From Candidatus Doudnabacteria bacterium (GTDB lineage: Bacteria > Patescibacteriota > Doudnabacteria > UBA920), in NCBI GenBank assembly GCA_963837465.1, contig CAWINB010000001.1, positions 629,646 through 693,645 of the forward strand: a stretch of DNA of 64,000 nt, read 5' to 3'. Positions 30,308 to 41,747 of this stretch are shown here, in pieces (positions within the stretch are counted from its first letter, which is position 1; each line of letters starts with the position of its first letter). The translations under genes were made by a program, and so were the position numbers. The notes under the pieces are model-generated. The model was not told where the DNA came from. It ran no database searches and was given only the letters and a program-made list of their open reading frames with translations.

Positions 30308-31746
30308 GGCCCGGCGCTGATTATGGATAAGCTTGATTTGCCGACCGCCGAAACCGAAGCGGCTAAAAGATAATTGCCCTCGCAGGCCAGGGCCGTGCCG
30401 GTGTTGCCGGCCGGCAAAGACAGCGCCGGGGCGTAATTGCTTATGGACAAAGGGTTGTCAACGCGCAAAATTTGCAGCTGGTTGTCGGTCAGCAAAAAAG
30501 CCAGGTAGTCCCGCGCCGCCAGGCCGTCTACGGTTGTGTTGTTGCCGGAGCCGAGGTCCAGGTGACCAAGTTCGCTTATGGACGAAGCGGCGGCAACGTT
30601 TAAAATATAAAATTCATTATTGCCAAAAGTCCGCCCCAAATACAAAGTCTGCCCGACCATGGCCAGGCTTTTGCCGTGCAAACCCCCGCTGGCGTTAAAG
30701 TCTCCGAACGGTTGCATGTTGGCCGACAAATTGCCGGGGCTGACATCAACAGCCAAAACATCATCGGCATTGGGACTGGCGATATAGGCGGCGCTGCCTC
30801 TGACGTAAATATCGTTAACGGCATTACCTACAGCCAGGCCGCCTTTCCAGAGAGGAGCCAGGACATTGGAAACATCTATAATATTAAATTCGGGGCCGGA
30901 AACGGTTTTGGCCAGTCCCAAATAAACATAACCGCCCTGGTAAAACACGCTTCTGCCTATCCCCTGGCTGCTGGAACCGGCTACAATGCTTGATGGAATT
31001 TTGTAAGTAGTGATGACTTTGGGCGGCGTTTGGCTGACATCCACAATTTGCAGCTGGCCTTTGGTAAAACTGCTGGCGCTGGCCACGTAGGCGTATTTGC
31101 CGGCCACAAAAATTCCATTCAGCCCGGTGTCGTCCGCCGGATCGTTATCCAATTTGCCGATTAGCGATGGAGCCTGGGGATTACTGACATCAAAAATAAA
31201 AAATGTCTCCTTGTTGCTGGCGCTGTTGCTGGCTGTGGCGTAAAGTTTTTTCTGGTAAGCATAAAGTCCGGTCACCGCGTAACTGCCGGACGGATCCCCG
31301 ACTGCCTGGGCAAAATCCAGGCTACTGATTCGCGGATGCTGCCAGTCGCCCGACAGCACGGACGCGCAGTCAGAAGCAGTTTGCGCGTTTTGCCAGTTGG
31401 AAATGAGCGTGGAAAACGATTGGGTTAAATTTTGGCCGCCGCTTTGCCAGGTTAAATTGGCGCTGACTTGCTTGGTGTAAATATCGGGCATTTGCACACC
31501 GAGACTTTGCTTGTAAATGCCGTTGGTGGTAGTGGCCAGCGGATTTACAAGGTTAAAGTCTTCGGCCGCGGACGCGCGGGCCGATTCCAGCATGGACCGC
31601 GCCAGGCTCTGCGCCTGGGCGTCGTTCTGGCCGGAAAGCAGAGCAGCCTGGGCGCTAAATACAAAAGCAGCCGCGGCGCTCAGCCCCAGCGCCAAAACCG
31701 CCAGAGCTATCAGCATTTCCAAAGTTATAAATCCGCGGATATTCAT
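30304..31746 (-). CDS. Minor pilin with LVIVD-like beta-propeller repeats
   Basis: G|FITLEMLIAL; repeated FFIFDVSNP, LQIVDVS, FNIIDVSN. Confidence 0.75.
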   Translation of the reverse strand: MNIRGFITLEMLIALAVLALGLSAAAAFVFSAQAALLSGQNDAQAQSLARSMLESARASAAEDFNLVNPLATTTNGIYKQSLGVQMPDIYTKQVSANLTWQSGGQNLTQSFSTLISNWQNAQTASDCASVLSGDWQHPRISSLDFAQAVGDPSGSYAVTGLYAYQKKLYATASNSASNKETFFIFDVSNPQAPSLIGKLDNDPADDTGLNGIFVAGKYAYVASASSFTKGQLQIVDVSQTPPKVITTYKIPSSIVAGSSSQGIGRSVFYQGGYVYLGLAKTVSGPEFNIIDVSNVLAPLWKGGLAVGNAVNDIYVRGSAAYIASPNADDVLAVDVSPGNLSANMQPFGDFNASGGLHGKSLAMVGQTLYLGRTFGNNEFYILNVAAASSISELGHLDLGSGNNTTVDGLAARDYLAFLLTDNQLQILRVDNPLSISNYAPALSLPAGNTGTALACEGNYLLAASVSAVGKSSLSIISAGP

Positions 31747-31757
31747 TGAGAGCCTGT

Positions 31758-32219
31758 TTAGGGAGAATTAATCTGCCCTTCCCGGTTAATGCCAATTACA
31801 ACCGGGGCGTGGGCGTGGTCATCCATAATAATATTTCCGATATTGCCGCTCGCGCCGCTTAGCTGGCTAAAGACAACCTCGCTCAAACCGCTGAGCGCGT
31901 AGCCGCCGTTTCCGGGAAAGATAATGTCCTGGGCCGGATCACGAGCCGAGAAACTCAGGCCCTCAAACAGAATATACCGCGTTGGCTGCCGGTTAATGTA
32001 AACACCGTGCGGCTTCTGGTCTATGTTGTTAACGGATTGGCTGCGGGCTTTTTGCAAAAGTCCGACCAGCAAATTTTGTTCGGAAAAAAAACTGTAGGCG
32101 CGGTAATCGTCAAAACTCATCGCCAAAGCCAGTCCGGCGAGCATGGTTAACAGGCTCAGGGAGACAATTATTTCCACTAAAGTAAAACCCTGATTTTTTT
32201 CTTTGAAAACAAACAGCAT
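31758..32219 (-). CDS. Prepilin-type protein (FimT/GspH-like)
   Basis: G|FTLVEIIVSL...LQKARSQS. Confidence 0.85.
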   Translation of the reverse strand: MLFVFKEKNQGFTLVEIIVSLSLLTMLAGLALAMSFDDYRAYSFFSEQNLLVGLLQKARSQSVNNIDQKPHGVYINRQPTRYILFEGLSFSARDPAQDIIFPGNGGYALSGLSEVVFSQLSGASGNIGNIIMDDHAHAPVVIGINREGQINSP

Positions 32220-32441
32220 AAATCTTAAAATCTATTTTAAAAATACTTTTTAAACGGACTATGCCGGTTTATATAACAGAAGATGGAGAACACAGATTTA
32301 AAACAGATGAACACGGATGACTGTGCGCGCTATCCGGGTTCTCCGTTTGTCCGCTCCGTGTTAATCCGTTTCCAAAAATTTGTCCCCCGCTGTTCCTGTT
32401 ACTAACTCCCCTAATTTTTCCGGCCACGTGATTATAAAAGA

Positions 32442-33563
32442 CTAAGGGTGAAGATTTTGGGTAATGCCGTAAATGGGCATAATTATAGACACGGCCACAA
32501 ACCCGACTATTAATCCCATAAATATCATCAACACCGGTTCAATGACCGTGGACAGATTTTTGGTTAAATCCCCCAGTTCGTCTTCGTACATAGCCGACAA
32601 ATACAGCAGCCCCGAACTCAGACTGCCGGCTGTTTCGCCCACGCTGATCATTTGCGCCATAACGGACGGGAAAATTTTGGGATGCTCCAGCATATGCGCC
32701 GACAGCTTCTGGCCTTTTAAAATTTTATCGGCCAATATCAGCAGGTGGTTTTTATAAACCTGGTTCTGCGCCGCGCCCGCCGCGATGCGCGCCGCCTCCT
32801 CCAGCCGCACATCGCTTTTAAGCAGCAGCCCCAAAGTCCGGCAAAAATTGGCCAGACAATAGCTTTGCAGCATCCGGCCCAAAAAAGGCAGACGCAAAAC
32901 CAACCGGTCAAAACGTCGTTTTACGTAACTTTTCCGAAGCAGGAACCCGGCGGCAAAAAAAGCCGCGGCCAGGGAAATTAAAATATACGGCCAGCGGCCG
33001 GAAATAAAATTGCTGATAAAAATCAGCGCCCGGGTGGACAAGGGCAGGCGGGTGCTAAAACTTTGAAAAATCGGCAGAATCTTTGGCAGCACATAAACCG
33101 CCAGCAGCCCGGCAATGCCAAATGTCGCAACCACTATCACCGCCGGATAAACCAGGGCGGAAACAACCTTCCTTTTCAGCTCCCGGTTCTTTTTCAGTTC
33201 TTCGGCCAGATAGCTGAGGTTTTCGCCCAAGGTGCCGCTGACTTCGCCGATTCGCACAATATTAAGGGCAAAGCCGCCGAACACGGACGGGAACTTGGAC
33301 ATGGCCGATGATAAAAACTGGCCGTTGTTGACTTCGGCGACAATGGACCGCAGAATCCGCCCGCTGGCCCTGGAGCCGGATTGAGCCGCCATCATTGTCA
33401 GCGCCTGGACAATAGGCGCCCCGGCCTCTATAAGCACAGCCAGGCGTTTGGCGAATAAAATCCGTTCCTGGGAATTAAGGCGCAAAAAATATTTATCCAG
33501 CAATTGATCACGGACCAAAAAAATATTTTTGAGCCGGACGAAAAAAAATTGTTTTTTAATCAT
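32442..33563 (-). CDS. pilC: Type II secretion system F family protein (second copy)
   Basis: LFAKRLAVLIEAG, GEVSGTL, ALVYP, GETAGSL, IEPVLM. Confidence 0.9.
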   Translation of the reverse strand: MIKKQFFFVRLKNIFLVRDQLLDKYFLRLNSQERILFAKRLAVLIEAGAPIVQALTMMAAQSGSRASGRILRSIVAEVNNGQFLSSAMSKFPSVFGGFALNIVRIGEVSGTLGENLSYLAEELKKNRELKRKVVSALVYPAVIVVATFGIAGLLAVYVLPKILPIFQSFSTRLPLSTRALIFISNFISGRWPYILISLAAAFFAAGFLLRKSYVKRRFDRLVLRLPFLGRMLQSYCLANFCRTLGLLLKSDVRLEEAARIAAGAAQNQVYKNHLLILADKILKGQKLSAHMLEHPKIFPSVMAQMISVGETAGSLSSGLLYLSAMYEDELGDLTKNLSTVIEPVLMIFMGLIVGFVAVSIIMPIYGITQNLHP

Positions 33564-34761
33564 AGGATATCCTCAGAACTTCTTCCAAAGTAGTCAGTCC
33601 GGCCGCGGCTTTGGCCAAACCGTCTTCGGCTAAAACTGCCATACCGGCTTGCCTGGCCAATCCGCTTACGCGCTCAGCCGAAGCTTTTTCCAGCAATGCC
33701 CCGCGAATGGCCGCGTCAGGCGGCAAAACTTCGTGGATGCCCAGACGGCCCAGGTATCCGCTTTGGCCGCAGGCTCCGCAACCCGCGCCTTTGTAAAAAT
33801 CCCCGGCTGTTTCCATGGGCAAAGTTTTACGCAAGCTCGCCAGCGCCGCCTTGCTTATTTGGGTTTTAGTTTTACAATTTTCACAAATTTTTCTGGCCAG
33901 ACGCTGGCCGATAACCAAACTTAAAGTGGAACTCAGCAGATAAGGCTCCACTTTCATATCCAGCATCCGCGGCAGGGTGGAGGCGGCGTCATTGGTATGC
34001 AGGGTGGACAGCACCAGGTGGCCGGTTAAGGCCGTGTTCACGGCCAGGGCTGCCGTATCGCTGTCGCGGATTTCGCCGACCATGATAATGTTGGGATCCT
34101 GCCTTAAGATACTGCGCAGGCCGTTGGCGAATGTTAAGCCGGTTTTGGGATTAACCTGAATTTGCTCAATGCCGGAAATCGCGTACTCAATCGGGTCCTC
34201 CACGGTAATAATGGCCGCCTCTTTGGTATTTAACTGTTTAATTAAAGTATATAAAGTCGTGGTTTTGCCCGAGCCGGTGGGACCGGTGATTAAAATTAAG
34301 CCGTGCGGCCGGCGCAGGGCGTTTTGGATTTTTAGCAGATTGCCTTCCGAAAAACCCAAGCTACCCAAACCAAAATCCTCGGCCTTGTCGCCAAGCAACC
34401 GCAGCACCGCGTTTTCGCCGTAGTAAGTCGGGGCCACGGACACGCGCACGTCCACGGGCTGGCCCGTGCTGAGGTTAAGCCGGAAACGTCCATCCTGCGC
34501 GGCCTGATGTTCGTCGGTGCGCAAACCCGCCAAAATTTTAATCCGGCTGATAATGCCGCTTTGCATTTGCCTGGGGCAAAAATGCGCGTCCCTGAGCACT
34601 CCGTCCACGCGGTAGCGGACGCGGATATCATTATTTTGGGGATGAAAGTGCACGTCCGAAGCGCGCGAAACATAGGCCTCGCAAATCAGCTCCTGCACCA
34701 AATTGATCATGGAAGCGCCATCCCCTTTTGCCAATTCCTCCTTAATTTTGTCTTGAGCCAT
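33556..34761 (-). CDS. GspE/PulE family ATPase lacking the N-terminal domain (second copy)
   Basis: ASDVHFHP, QDGRF, GPTGSGKTT, LRQDPNIIMVGEIRD. Confidence 0.9.
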   Translation of the reverse strand: MAQDKIKEELAKGDGASMINLVQELICEAYVSRASDVHFHPQNNDIRVRYRVDGVLRDAHFCPRQMQSGIISRIKILAGLRTDEHQAAQDGRFRLNLSTGQPVDVRVSVAPTYYGENAVLRLLGDKAEDFGLGSLGFSEGNLLKIQNALRRPHGLILITGPTGSGKTTTLYTLIKQLNTKEAAIITVEDPIEYAISGIEQIQVNPKTGLTFANGLRSILRQDPNIIMVGEIRDSDTAALAVNTALTGHLVLSTLHTNDAASTLPRMLDMKVEPYLLSSTLSLVIGQRLARKICENCKTKTQISKAALASLRKTLPMETAGDFYKGAGCGACGQSGYLGRLGIHEVLPPDAAIRGALLEKASAERVSGLARQAGMAVLAEDGLAKAAAGLTTLEEVLRISYD

Positions 34762-35204
34762 TATTTGATTTCTTAATTGGTCTTAATTAAAAGCTTTATT
34801 TTATCCTATCATATCCAAAAAACCTTGTAAAGTAAGCCAACAATAAAAAAATCCTTTAATTTTTAAAGGATTTTAATCGGCCCTAAAACCAATCTGTATT
34901 TTTTTCCCGCGCGGATTCTTCAGCTTTTTAAATTCTTTTACAACCTTTTTATCCAAACTTTTAATTTCGTCGTACCGCCAAATTTAAATTACCGGTCGTG
35001 ACTTGGTACAACTGACACTTTGTCTCTACCCTTTTATAGTATACGATTGTTCACCTTTTATCAAGATGGCAATTGTGGATAAGCTTAAGGTTAACGCCTT
35101 ATAAGGGTCTTTTTGAAAAGAATATTTTTTGTTCATTTTATTTTGCATTCTTTGATTATGTTCAAATTTGAAACCCAAAAAGGTTCCTGGCACCTTTTTT
35201 GTTC

Positions 35205-35582
35205 CTATTTTTGCATATCCGTCAGCAGTTGCTCAAAGTGCTTGAGCGCTTCGGGAAGTTGGGCGTAAACTTTTTCAGCGACGGGTTCTCTATAAGTATG
35301 AACGGCTTCATTCCGCAGATCGGCTAAATCCAGCCAATAATTATCAAAGGCCATGACACCCTTGTTGTAGGCTTCGCGAAAAGTATCTTTTGGCGATTTA
35401 CTAATGACACCTTTACGTTCTTCCAAAAAAGTTTTTAAAGTTTTCCAGGCTACGTCAAAAGTAAATTCAAACCGCTTAATGGCCGAATCGCGGATGAATT
35501 CATTTTTTTCCTGCTGTAAAACCTCGTTCAGCCGCTGAACGGCTTTGGAAAAATCACTAAGCGATGATTCTAATTTAGACAT
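35205..35582 (-). CDS. HEPN / nucleotidyltransferase substrate-binding protein (HI0074-like), toxin component of an MNT-HEPN pair
   Basis: RDSAIKRFEFTFD, SPKDTFREA, RNEAVHTY (RX4H); start placed at ATG 35582. Confidence 0.85.
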   Translation of the reverse strand: MSKLESSLSDFSKAVQRLNEVLQQEKNEFIRDSAIKRFEFTFDVAWKTLKTFLEERKGVISKSPKDTFREAYNKGVMAFDNYWLDLADLRNEAVHTYREPVAEKVYAQLPEALKHFEQLLTDMQK

Positions 35583-35586
35583 AATT

Positions 35587-35898
35587 TTAGATGCTAATAA
35601 TTTCGGTTTTTGCTTTCGCGGTTTGCCGAAAACTGTCCGAAACGTCGGCAAAATCGACTACATCAATTTTATAAAGCGTGCGAAGATCTTCCAGGTCTTC
35701 ACGAATTTGGGAGATTTTGCTTAAGCCCACCGGCTCCTCGCCTTCAATACCAACGTCAATATCGGAATACTGGTCGCCGCGTCCCGTGACCCGCGAGCCG
35801 AAGAAAAAAACCTGGTGGGTTTTTAAGTCCACATATTTGGCGATAATCTCCAAAATTTTCGCCTTTAGCTCGGCTAAATTTTCATGCTCCAGTCTCAT
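35587..35898 (-). CDS. Minimal nucleotidyltransferase (MNT antitoxin)
   Basis: FFGSRVTG...SDIDVGI...KIDVVD. Confidence 0.88.
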   Translation of the reverse strand: MRLEHENLAELKAKILEIIAKYVDLKTHQVFFFGSRVTGRGDQYSDIDVGIEGEEPVGLSKISQIREDLEDLRTLYKIDVVDFADVSDSFRQTAKAKTEIISI

Positions 35899-35905
35899 AA
35901 GAATA

Positions 35906-38813
35906 TTATAACACCTTTTTTAAATACTGCCCGGTGTAACTGGCTTTAACTTTCGCCACGTCCTCCGGCGTGCCGGCGGCGACGAGCTGGCCGCCTTTGT
36001 CGCCGCCTTCGGGACCGAGGTCTATTAGCCAGTCCGCGGTTTTTATCATATCCAGGTTGTGTTCAATAACCACAACTGTATTGCCTTTGTCCACCAGTTT
36101 ATTTAAGACCTGCACCAGGCGCTTAACATCGGCAAAGTGAAGGCCCGTGGTCGGCTCATCAAGCAAATACAAAGTGCGGCCGGTGGAAGTGCGGGACAAT
36201 TCCGTGGCCAGTTTAATTCTCTGCGCTTCACCGCCGGAAACCGTGGTGGCGTTTTGCCCAAGGCGCATATAACCCAAACCTACTTGCGAGAGTGTTTCCA
36301 GTTTTTTGTGGATCATCGGCAGGTTGGCGAAAAATATTTTGGCTTCGTCTACGGTCATTTCCAAAACATCGGAAATGGTTTTGTCTTTGTAATGGATTTC
36401 CAGAGCCTGCTGGTTGTAGCGTTTGCCGTGGCATTCTTCGCAGGTAATGTAAACGTCCGGCAAAAAATTCATTTCCACTTTAATGACGCCGTCGCCCGCG
36501 CACTTTTCGCAGCGGCCGCCTTTTACGTTAAAACTAAAGCGTCCGGCCCGGTAGCCGCGCATGCGCGCTTCTTTGGTGTCCGCAAATAAATCGCGGATGG
36601 GAGTGAACAAGCCGGTGTAAGTGGCCGGATTGCTGCGCGGGGTGCGGCCGATCGGCGACTGGTCTATGTTTATGATTTTGTCTATGTGTTCAATGCCGGT
36701 AATTTTTTTATGTTTGCCCGGCTGTTCCTTGCTGTTGTAAAAATATTTGGACAGCGCCGTGGCTAAAATATCATGAAAAAGCGTGGATTTGCCGCTGCCG
36801 GAAACGCCGGTCACGCAGACAAATTTACCCAGCGGAATGTCCACGTTAATATCCTTTAAGTTAAACTCCTCGGCGCCTAAAATTGACAGCTTCCTGCCGT
36901 TGCCCGGACGGCGACGCTTGGGAATTTCCACAAATTCCTTGCCCGAAAGATACTGTCCGGTAATGGATTTCGGGTCTTTTTCAATGGCCTTGGGCGTGCC
37001 CTGCGCCACCAATTCCCCGCCATGCTTGCCGGCTCCGGGGCCAATATCCACCACCCAATCAGCCTCGCGGATGGTTTCTTCATCGTGCTCCACCACAATT
37101 ACCGTATTACCCAAATCCCTTAAATCTTTTAAAGTTTGGAGCAGGCGGCTGTTGTCGCGCTGATGCAAACCAATAGAGGGCTCGTCTAATATATAGAGGA
37201 CGCCGGTTAGGCCGGAGCCGATTTGCGTGGCCAGGCGGATGCGCTGAGCTTCGCCGCCGCTTAAAGTGTCCGCCGCCCTGTCTAAAGATAAATAAGAAAG
37301 TCCCACGTTCAGCAAAAACGACAGGCGCGCGTTGATTTCCTTAAGCACCTGTTTGGCAATGGCCAAATCTCTCTGGTTTAAATTTTTTGCTAAAAATTTA
37401 AAATAATCCGACGCAAGCTCTATATTCATCGCCGACACGTCAACAATCCCTTTGCCGCCCACAGTGACGGCCAGGACTTCGGCCTTAAGGCGCTTTCCAA
37501 GGCATTCCGGGCAGCGCCTTACGCGCATATAGTTTTCAATTTCACCGCGCATGTATTCGGAATCGGTTTCGCCGTAGCGGCGTTCCAGGTTGGGAACCAC
37601 GCCTTCAAAAGCCGTGTTCATTTCAAACTCGCCTTCACCCGAGCGGAATTCGCCGGAGACCCGGATTTTTTTATCGCCCGTGCCGTACAAAATTATATCA
37701 ATATATTTTTTGGGAAATCTTAAACCGGCGTGTTCAGGGAAAAACCGTACTCCTTGGCCACGGCCTGCAAAATTCTGCTGTACCACGACAGTCGCGAGGT
37801 GGTTTTGCTCCAGGGACGGATGGCGCCTTCGGCCAAAGTCAGTCTCTGGTTGGGCATAACCAAATCCGGCTCCACGGTCAATTTGTGGCCAAGACCCTTG
37901 CATTCCGGACAGGCGCCGTGCGGGCTGTTGAAACTAAAATCCCTCGGATCCAGCTCCGCCAGTTGCATATGGCCGTCGGGACAGGCGAATTTTTGGGAAA
38001 GGACAATATCCTGCGCGCTGTAGCGGCATGCCTGGGCGTGCCGTCTTTGGAAGGCGCGCCAGGGCGTGCCTCTGCATTATTTTTATCATCAAAAGGCAAA
38101 GCCATGGCAATCCCGTCCCCCAAATCCAAAGCCTTTTCCAAACTTTCCGACAGCCTGCCTTTATCGGCCGGGTCAATGACCAGGCGGTCCACCACTACAT
38201 CTATAGAATGTTTTTTCTGTTTGTCCAAATTTACGTTTTGGGCTTCGTTTAAATCCATAACCGTGCCGTCCAAACGCACGCGGGCGAAACCGGCTTTTTT
38301 TATCTGCTCAAAAATAACTTTATGCTCGCCTTTTTGGTCTTTAATGAACGGCGCCAGCAAAATAATCCTGCTGCCGGGTTTAAGCGACAATAGCTGTTCC
38401 ACCATGGCGGCAATGGTCTGTCCCTGGATTTTTTTGCCGCAAACCGGACAGTGCGGCTGGCCGATGCGCGCCCAAAGCAGACGCATATAATCGTAAATTT
38501 CGGTTACGGTGCCGACGGTGGAACGCGGGTTGTGGCTGGCGGATTTTTGGTCGATGCTGATGGCCGGAGATAATCCTTCTATTTTATCCACGTCCGGCTT
38601 GTCCATTAGGCCAATAAACTGGCGGGCGTAGGCGGACAGGGATTCCACATACCGGCGCTGGCCCTCGGCGTAAATAGTATCAAACGCCAAAGACGACTTG
38701 CCGCTGCCGGACAAGCCTGTCATTACAATCAGTTTATTCCGCGGCAAATCCACATCCAAATTCTTTAAATTGTGCTGCCGCGCCCCGCGGATGGAAATAA
38801 TGTCTTTAGGCAT
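35906..38813 (-). pseudogene. uvrA: Excinuclease ABC subunit A split by two frameshifts (~38015 and ~37720)
   Basis: Three consecutive frames: GARQHNLK...[10 protein letters not shown]; [13 protein letters not shown]; [12 protein letters not shown]...GVSGSGKS; may be sequencing errors. Confidence 0.9.
38019..38076. repeat. REPIN-like inverted doublet inside uvrA
   Basis: TGTAGCGGCATGCCTGGGCGTGCC...GGCGCGCCAGGGCGTGCCTCTGCA; encodes [19 protein letters not shown]. Confidence 0.55.
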
Positions 38814-39072
38814 AAAGCTACAGAACTACAAAAAAATAATCACACTACAGAAAACTACGGAATAACTGCAGTCCCTTTTGTAGGCATCTGTAGTGTTCCC
38901 ATTGCAGTTTTTTGTAGTCACAAACTGGTAAAAATTGTATCACGTCTGTCAAGAGAGGGCAAGGGGTATGGCAGAACAATTGACGATTAACAATTAACAA
39001 TTGACTTTAGCTGCCCACGATGCTGGGTAAAAGAAAAGGCCGGGCGCTAAACCTAGCCAAAATCAGCTAAAT

Positions 39073-39552
39073 TTAGCGCTCGGCGCTGGTATGAACTCCG
39101 GTTTGCCGGGCTTGTAGGAGCCAGTGAAGCACTCTGGGTGCCGACAAGCAAAGCGAATAAGAAACGTAGACCGCTGCGGCAACCAAAAATAAGCCGAAGC
39201 ATACGTACGCGGGCGTTAAGCCCGCAGGTTTTTTATTCGCACACCTCCTTAATTGCCTTTTCACTTCATCTAATTCTTTGTTTTTCAGAGGGAACACTGT
39301 CTTGGCTAGATCAAGCACCCAACCCCACAGGACCAAACCTATGGGAAAGGCGATGATTAAAATCAGGGCAAATACTTGTACCCTGACCCTCTGGCAGGCG
39401 GTTCGCACTTTATACGCCGCCCACTGCTCTCTTCTCCACCAGGCAATGACGCGAAGAAGAATTAAGACAAAAACAAGTACAGCAGAAAACCACTCCGCCG
39501 CCTGGAAACTCCCCAACACCTGGGGAGGGTGCTTCCAATCCGATAGCGTCAT
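39073..39552 (-). CDS. Hypothetical membrane protein
   Basis: TAAGGAGG ribosome-binding site just upstream of ATG 39552; three hydrophobic segments. Confidence 0.5.
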   Translation of the reverse strand: MTLSDWKHPPQVLGSFQAAEWFSAVLVFVLILLRVIAWWRREQWAAYKVRTACQRVRVQVFALILIIAFPIGLVLWGWVLDLAKTVFPLKNKELDEVKRQLRRCANKKPAGLTPAYVCFGLFLVAAAVYVSYSLCLSAPRVLHWLLQARQTGVHTSAER

Positions 39553-39560
39553 CGTCCTCC

Positions 39561-39767
39561 TTACCCGCACCCAAAAGTGCAGTCCGCATTCAGCACAGGG
39601 GCTGGATGTACCTGCTGGCCAGCGGCGAAAGCCACAGATAGCCACAAGGCAATCGCCGCAACAACTATAAACCCGCCAAATACACTAAAAAAGAACCCAT
39701 CTTCTTCGTCCTCACAATCGTCATCCTCGGTCAAACCGAGAAACATCAAGTTGGAATTCATAACCAC
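39561..39767 (-). CDS. Small hypothetical membrane protein with acidic N-terminus
   Basis: GGAGG near the start; its stop overlaps the next gene's ribosome-binding site. Confidence 0.4.
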   Translation of the reverse strand: MVMNSNLMFLGLTEDDDCEDEEDGFFFSVFGGFIVVAAIALWLSVAFAAGQQVHPAPVLNADCTFGCG

Positions 39768-39827
39768 CTCCGCCCATAAATTAGCAATTTATAGACATCA
39801 AGTCAAACGACGGATATAATTGTATTT

Positions 39828-41678
39828 ATGGAAGTAAAAAATTCCAATCTTAAATACAAAATCCAAAATATTCCCAAACTTCCCGGCGTTTACCAGTTTT
39901 TAAATAAAGATGGCGGGGTTATTTATGTTGGGAAGGCCAAAAATTTACGGTCGCGGGTTGGGCAGTATTTTGGCAGCCACGACAGCCGGCCGCAGTTGCC
40001 TTATTTAATGCGCGAGGCGGCGGATATAAATTACACTGTGGTTAACAACGAACTGGAAAGTTTGTTTTTGGAAAACACGCTCATTAAGCAATACCTGCCC
40101 AAATACAACATTAGCCTGCGCGACGATAAAAACTATGCTTTTATTAAAATAAGTTATTCAACGCAGATTCCTCAGATTGGCTACGCTAGGAAGATTGATG
40201 GCAAGTCAAACGTAAAAGGCCAATTGTCAAATGTTACCAAATATTTTGGACCATATAGCTCGGCCCACAAAATTCGCGATACGCTCCACACTATAAGAAA
40301 AATCTTTCCCTATTGCGCCTCCGAAAAAATCGGCAGCCGCCCCTGCTTTTACTATTACCTGCACCGCTGCCCGGGTGTTTGTATTGGCAAAATTACCTTA
40401 GATGAATATAAACTACAATTGGAAAAAATAGTAAAGTTTTTGCAGGGCGATATGGACGGGGTAACAGGGGAAATTAAAAAAGAAATGCAAAGAGCGGCCA
40501 AAAACAAAAAGTACGAAACCGCCGCGCGCCTGCGCGACCAGTTAAGGGGCCTGGAAATTTTGCGCGAAAGGCAAAACGTGATACTGCCCAAAAAAGTGGA
40601 TTGGGACCTGGTGTCGCTGGCCACGCAAAGCGGCTACGCCTGTATTAACCTGTTTAAAATTAGGGGCGGCAAAATGTTTGACAAGGAAAATTTTGTTTAC
40701 GAAATAAAATATGAATCTTCGGACGTTTATGGACAGGAAATAATACAAAGGTTTTTGGAACAATACTACCTGGAAACTTCCAGCTCGCCCAAATGCGTTT
40801 ACATCCAGTTGCCCGCGCGGGACAGTGAATTAATCAGCCACATTATTTTTTCGCGCTTCGGCAAAAAATCGGATGTTATAAATCCCCAAAAAGGCAAACC
40901 AAGGGACTTGGTTAAACTTGGGCAGGCCAACGCCGGGGAATATCTAAAAAAATGGCTTAGCGACAAAGCCGGCAATTTGGACAAAATTAACAACGCGTTG
41001 TTAAAGCTAAAAGAAACTTTAAATCTGCCGCGTATTCCCAAACGGATTGAATGCTACGATATTTCCAACACGCAGGGCACAAACGCCGTGGGCAGTATGG
41101 TAGTTTTTATAGAGGGTCTTCCGGCTAAAAGCCAATACCGCAAATTTAAAATAAAAACTAAACAAACACCCGACGATTTTGCCATGATGAAGGAGATGCT
41201 GTCGCGGAGACTGCGGAGAATAAAGAATAAGGAATTAGGAATTATGGAAAAGACCGCTTGGCCGCTGCCCGATCTTATTGTAATAGACGGAGGCAAAGGC
41301 CAGTTGGGAGCAGTGTCTTCCGTAATTCAAAATTCAAAATTCAAAATTCCCGCAATAGGATTGGCTAAGCGCATTGAGGAAATTTTTCTGCCCGGCAAGC
41401 CTGAGCCAATTATCCTGCCGCGCGACAATCCTGGCCTGCAGCTCCTGCAAAGACTGCGCGATGAAGCCCACCGTTTTGGCATAACTTTCCACCGAAGCCT
41501 GCGCTCCAGGCAAGCCGTAAAATCGGCCCTGGACGATATTTCGGGCATCGGCCCCAAAACCAAAAAACTCCTGAAACAAAGATTCGGCACTGTCTTTGAA
41601 ATTAAAAAAGCCGATGCCGAAGAGCTGGCAAAAGTTGTGGGAAAAAAACTAGCGCGGACCATAAAACAGAATCTGTAA
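39828..41678 (+). CDS. uvrC: Excinuclease ABC subunit C
   Basis: PGVYQF...IYVGKAKNLRSRV (GIY-YIG), RIECYDISN, DGGKGQL, RDEAHRF, HhH GIGPK. Confidence 0.97.
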   Translation: MEVKNSNLKYKIQNIPKLPGVYQFLNKDGGVIYVGKAKNLRSRVGQYFGSHDSRPQLPYLMREAADINYTVVNNELESLFLENTLIKQYLPKYNISLRDDKNYAFIKISYSTQIPQIGYARKIDGKSNVKGQLSNVTKYFGPYSSAHKIRDTLHTIRKIFPYCASEKIGSRPCFYYYLHRCPGVCIGKITLDEYKLQLEKIVKFLQGDMDGVTGEIKKEMQRAAKNKKYETAARLRDQLRGLEILRERQNVILPKKVDWDLVSLATQSGYACINLFKIRGGKMFDKENFVYEIKYESSDVYGQEIIQRFLEQYYLETSSSPKCVYIQLPARDSELISHIIFSRFGKKSDVINPQKGKPRDLVKLGQANAGEYLKKWLSDKAGNLDKINNALLKLKETLNLPRIPKRIECYDISNTQGTNAVGSMVVFIEGLPAKSQYRKFKIKTKQTPDDFAMMKEMLSRRLRRIKNKELGIMEKTAWPLPDLIVIDGGKGQLGAVSSVIQNSKFKIPAIGLAKRIEEIFLPGKPEPIILPRDNPGLQLLQRLRDEAHRFGITFHRSLRSRQAVKSALDDISGIGPKTKKLLKQRFGTVFEIKKADAEELAKVVGKKLARTIKQNL

Positions 41679-41747
41679 AATTGCAGGCAGCGCAAAAACT
41701 GCCTACTGTTGATCCTGCCATGGTTTAAATTTCTCAGGCGCCCGAGA

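Noticed and set aside
37720-38020. Programmed ribosomal frameshifting in uvrA
   Set aside because: Two separate shifts would be needed, I know no precedent for uvrA, and similar indels affect unrelated genes.
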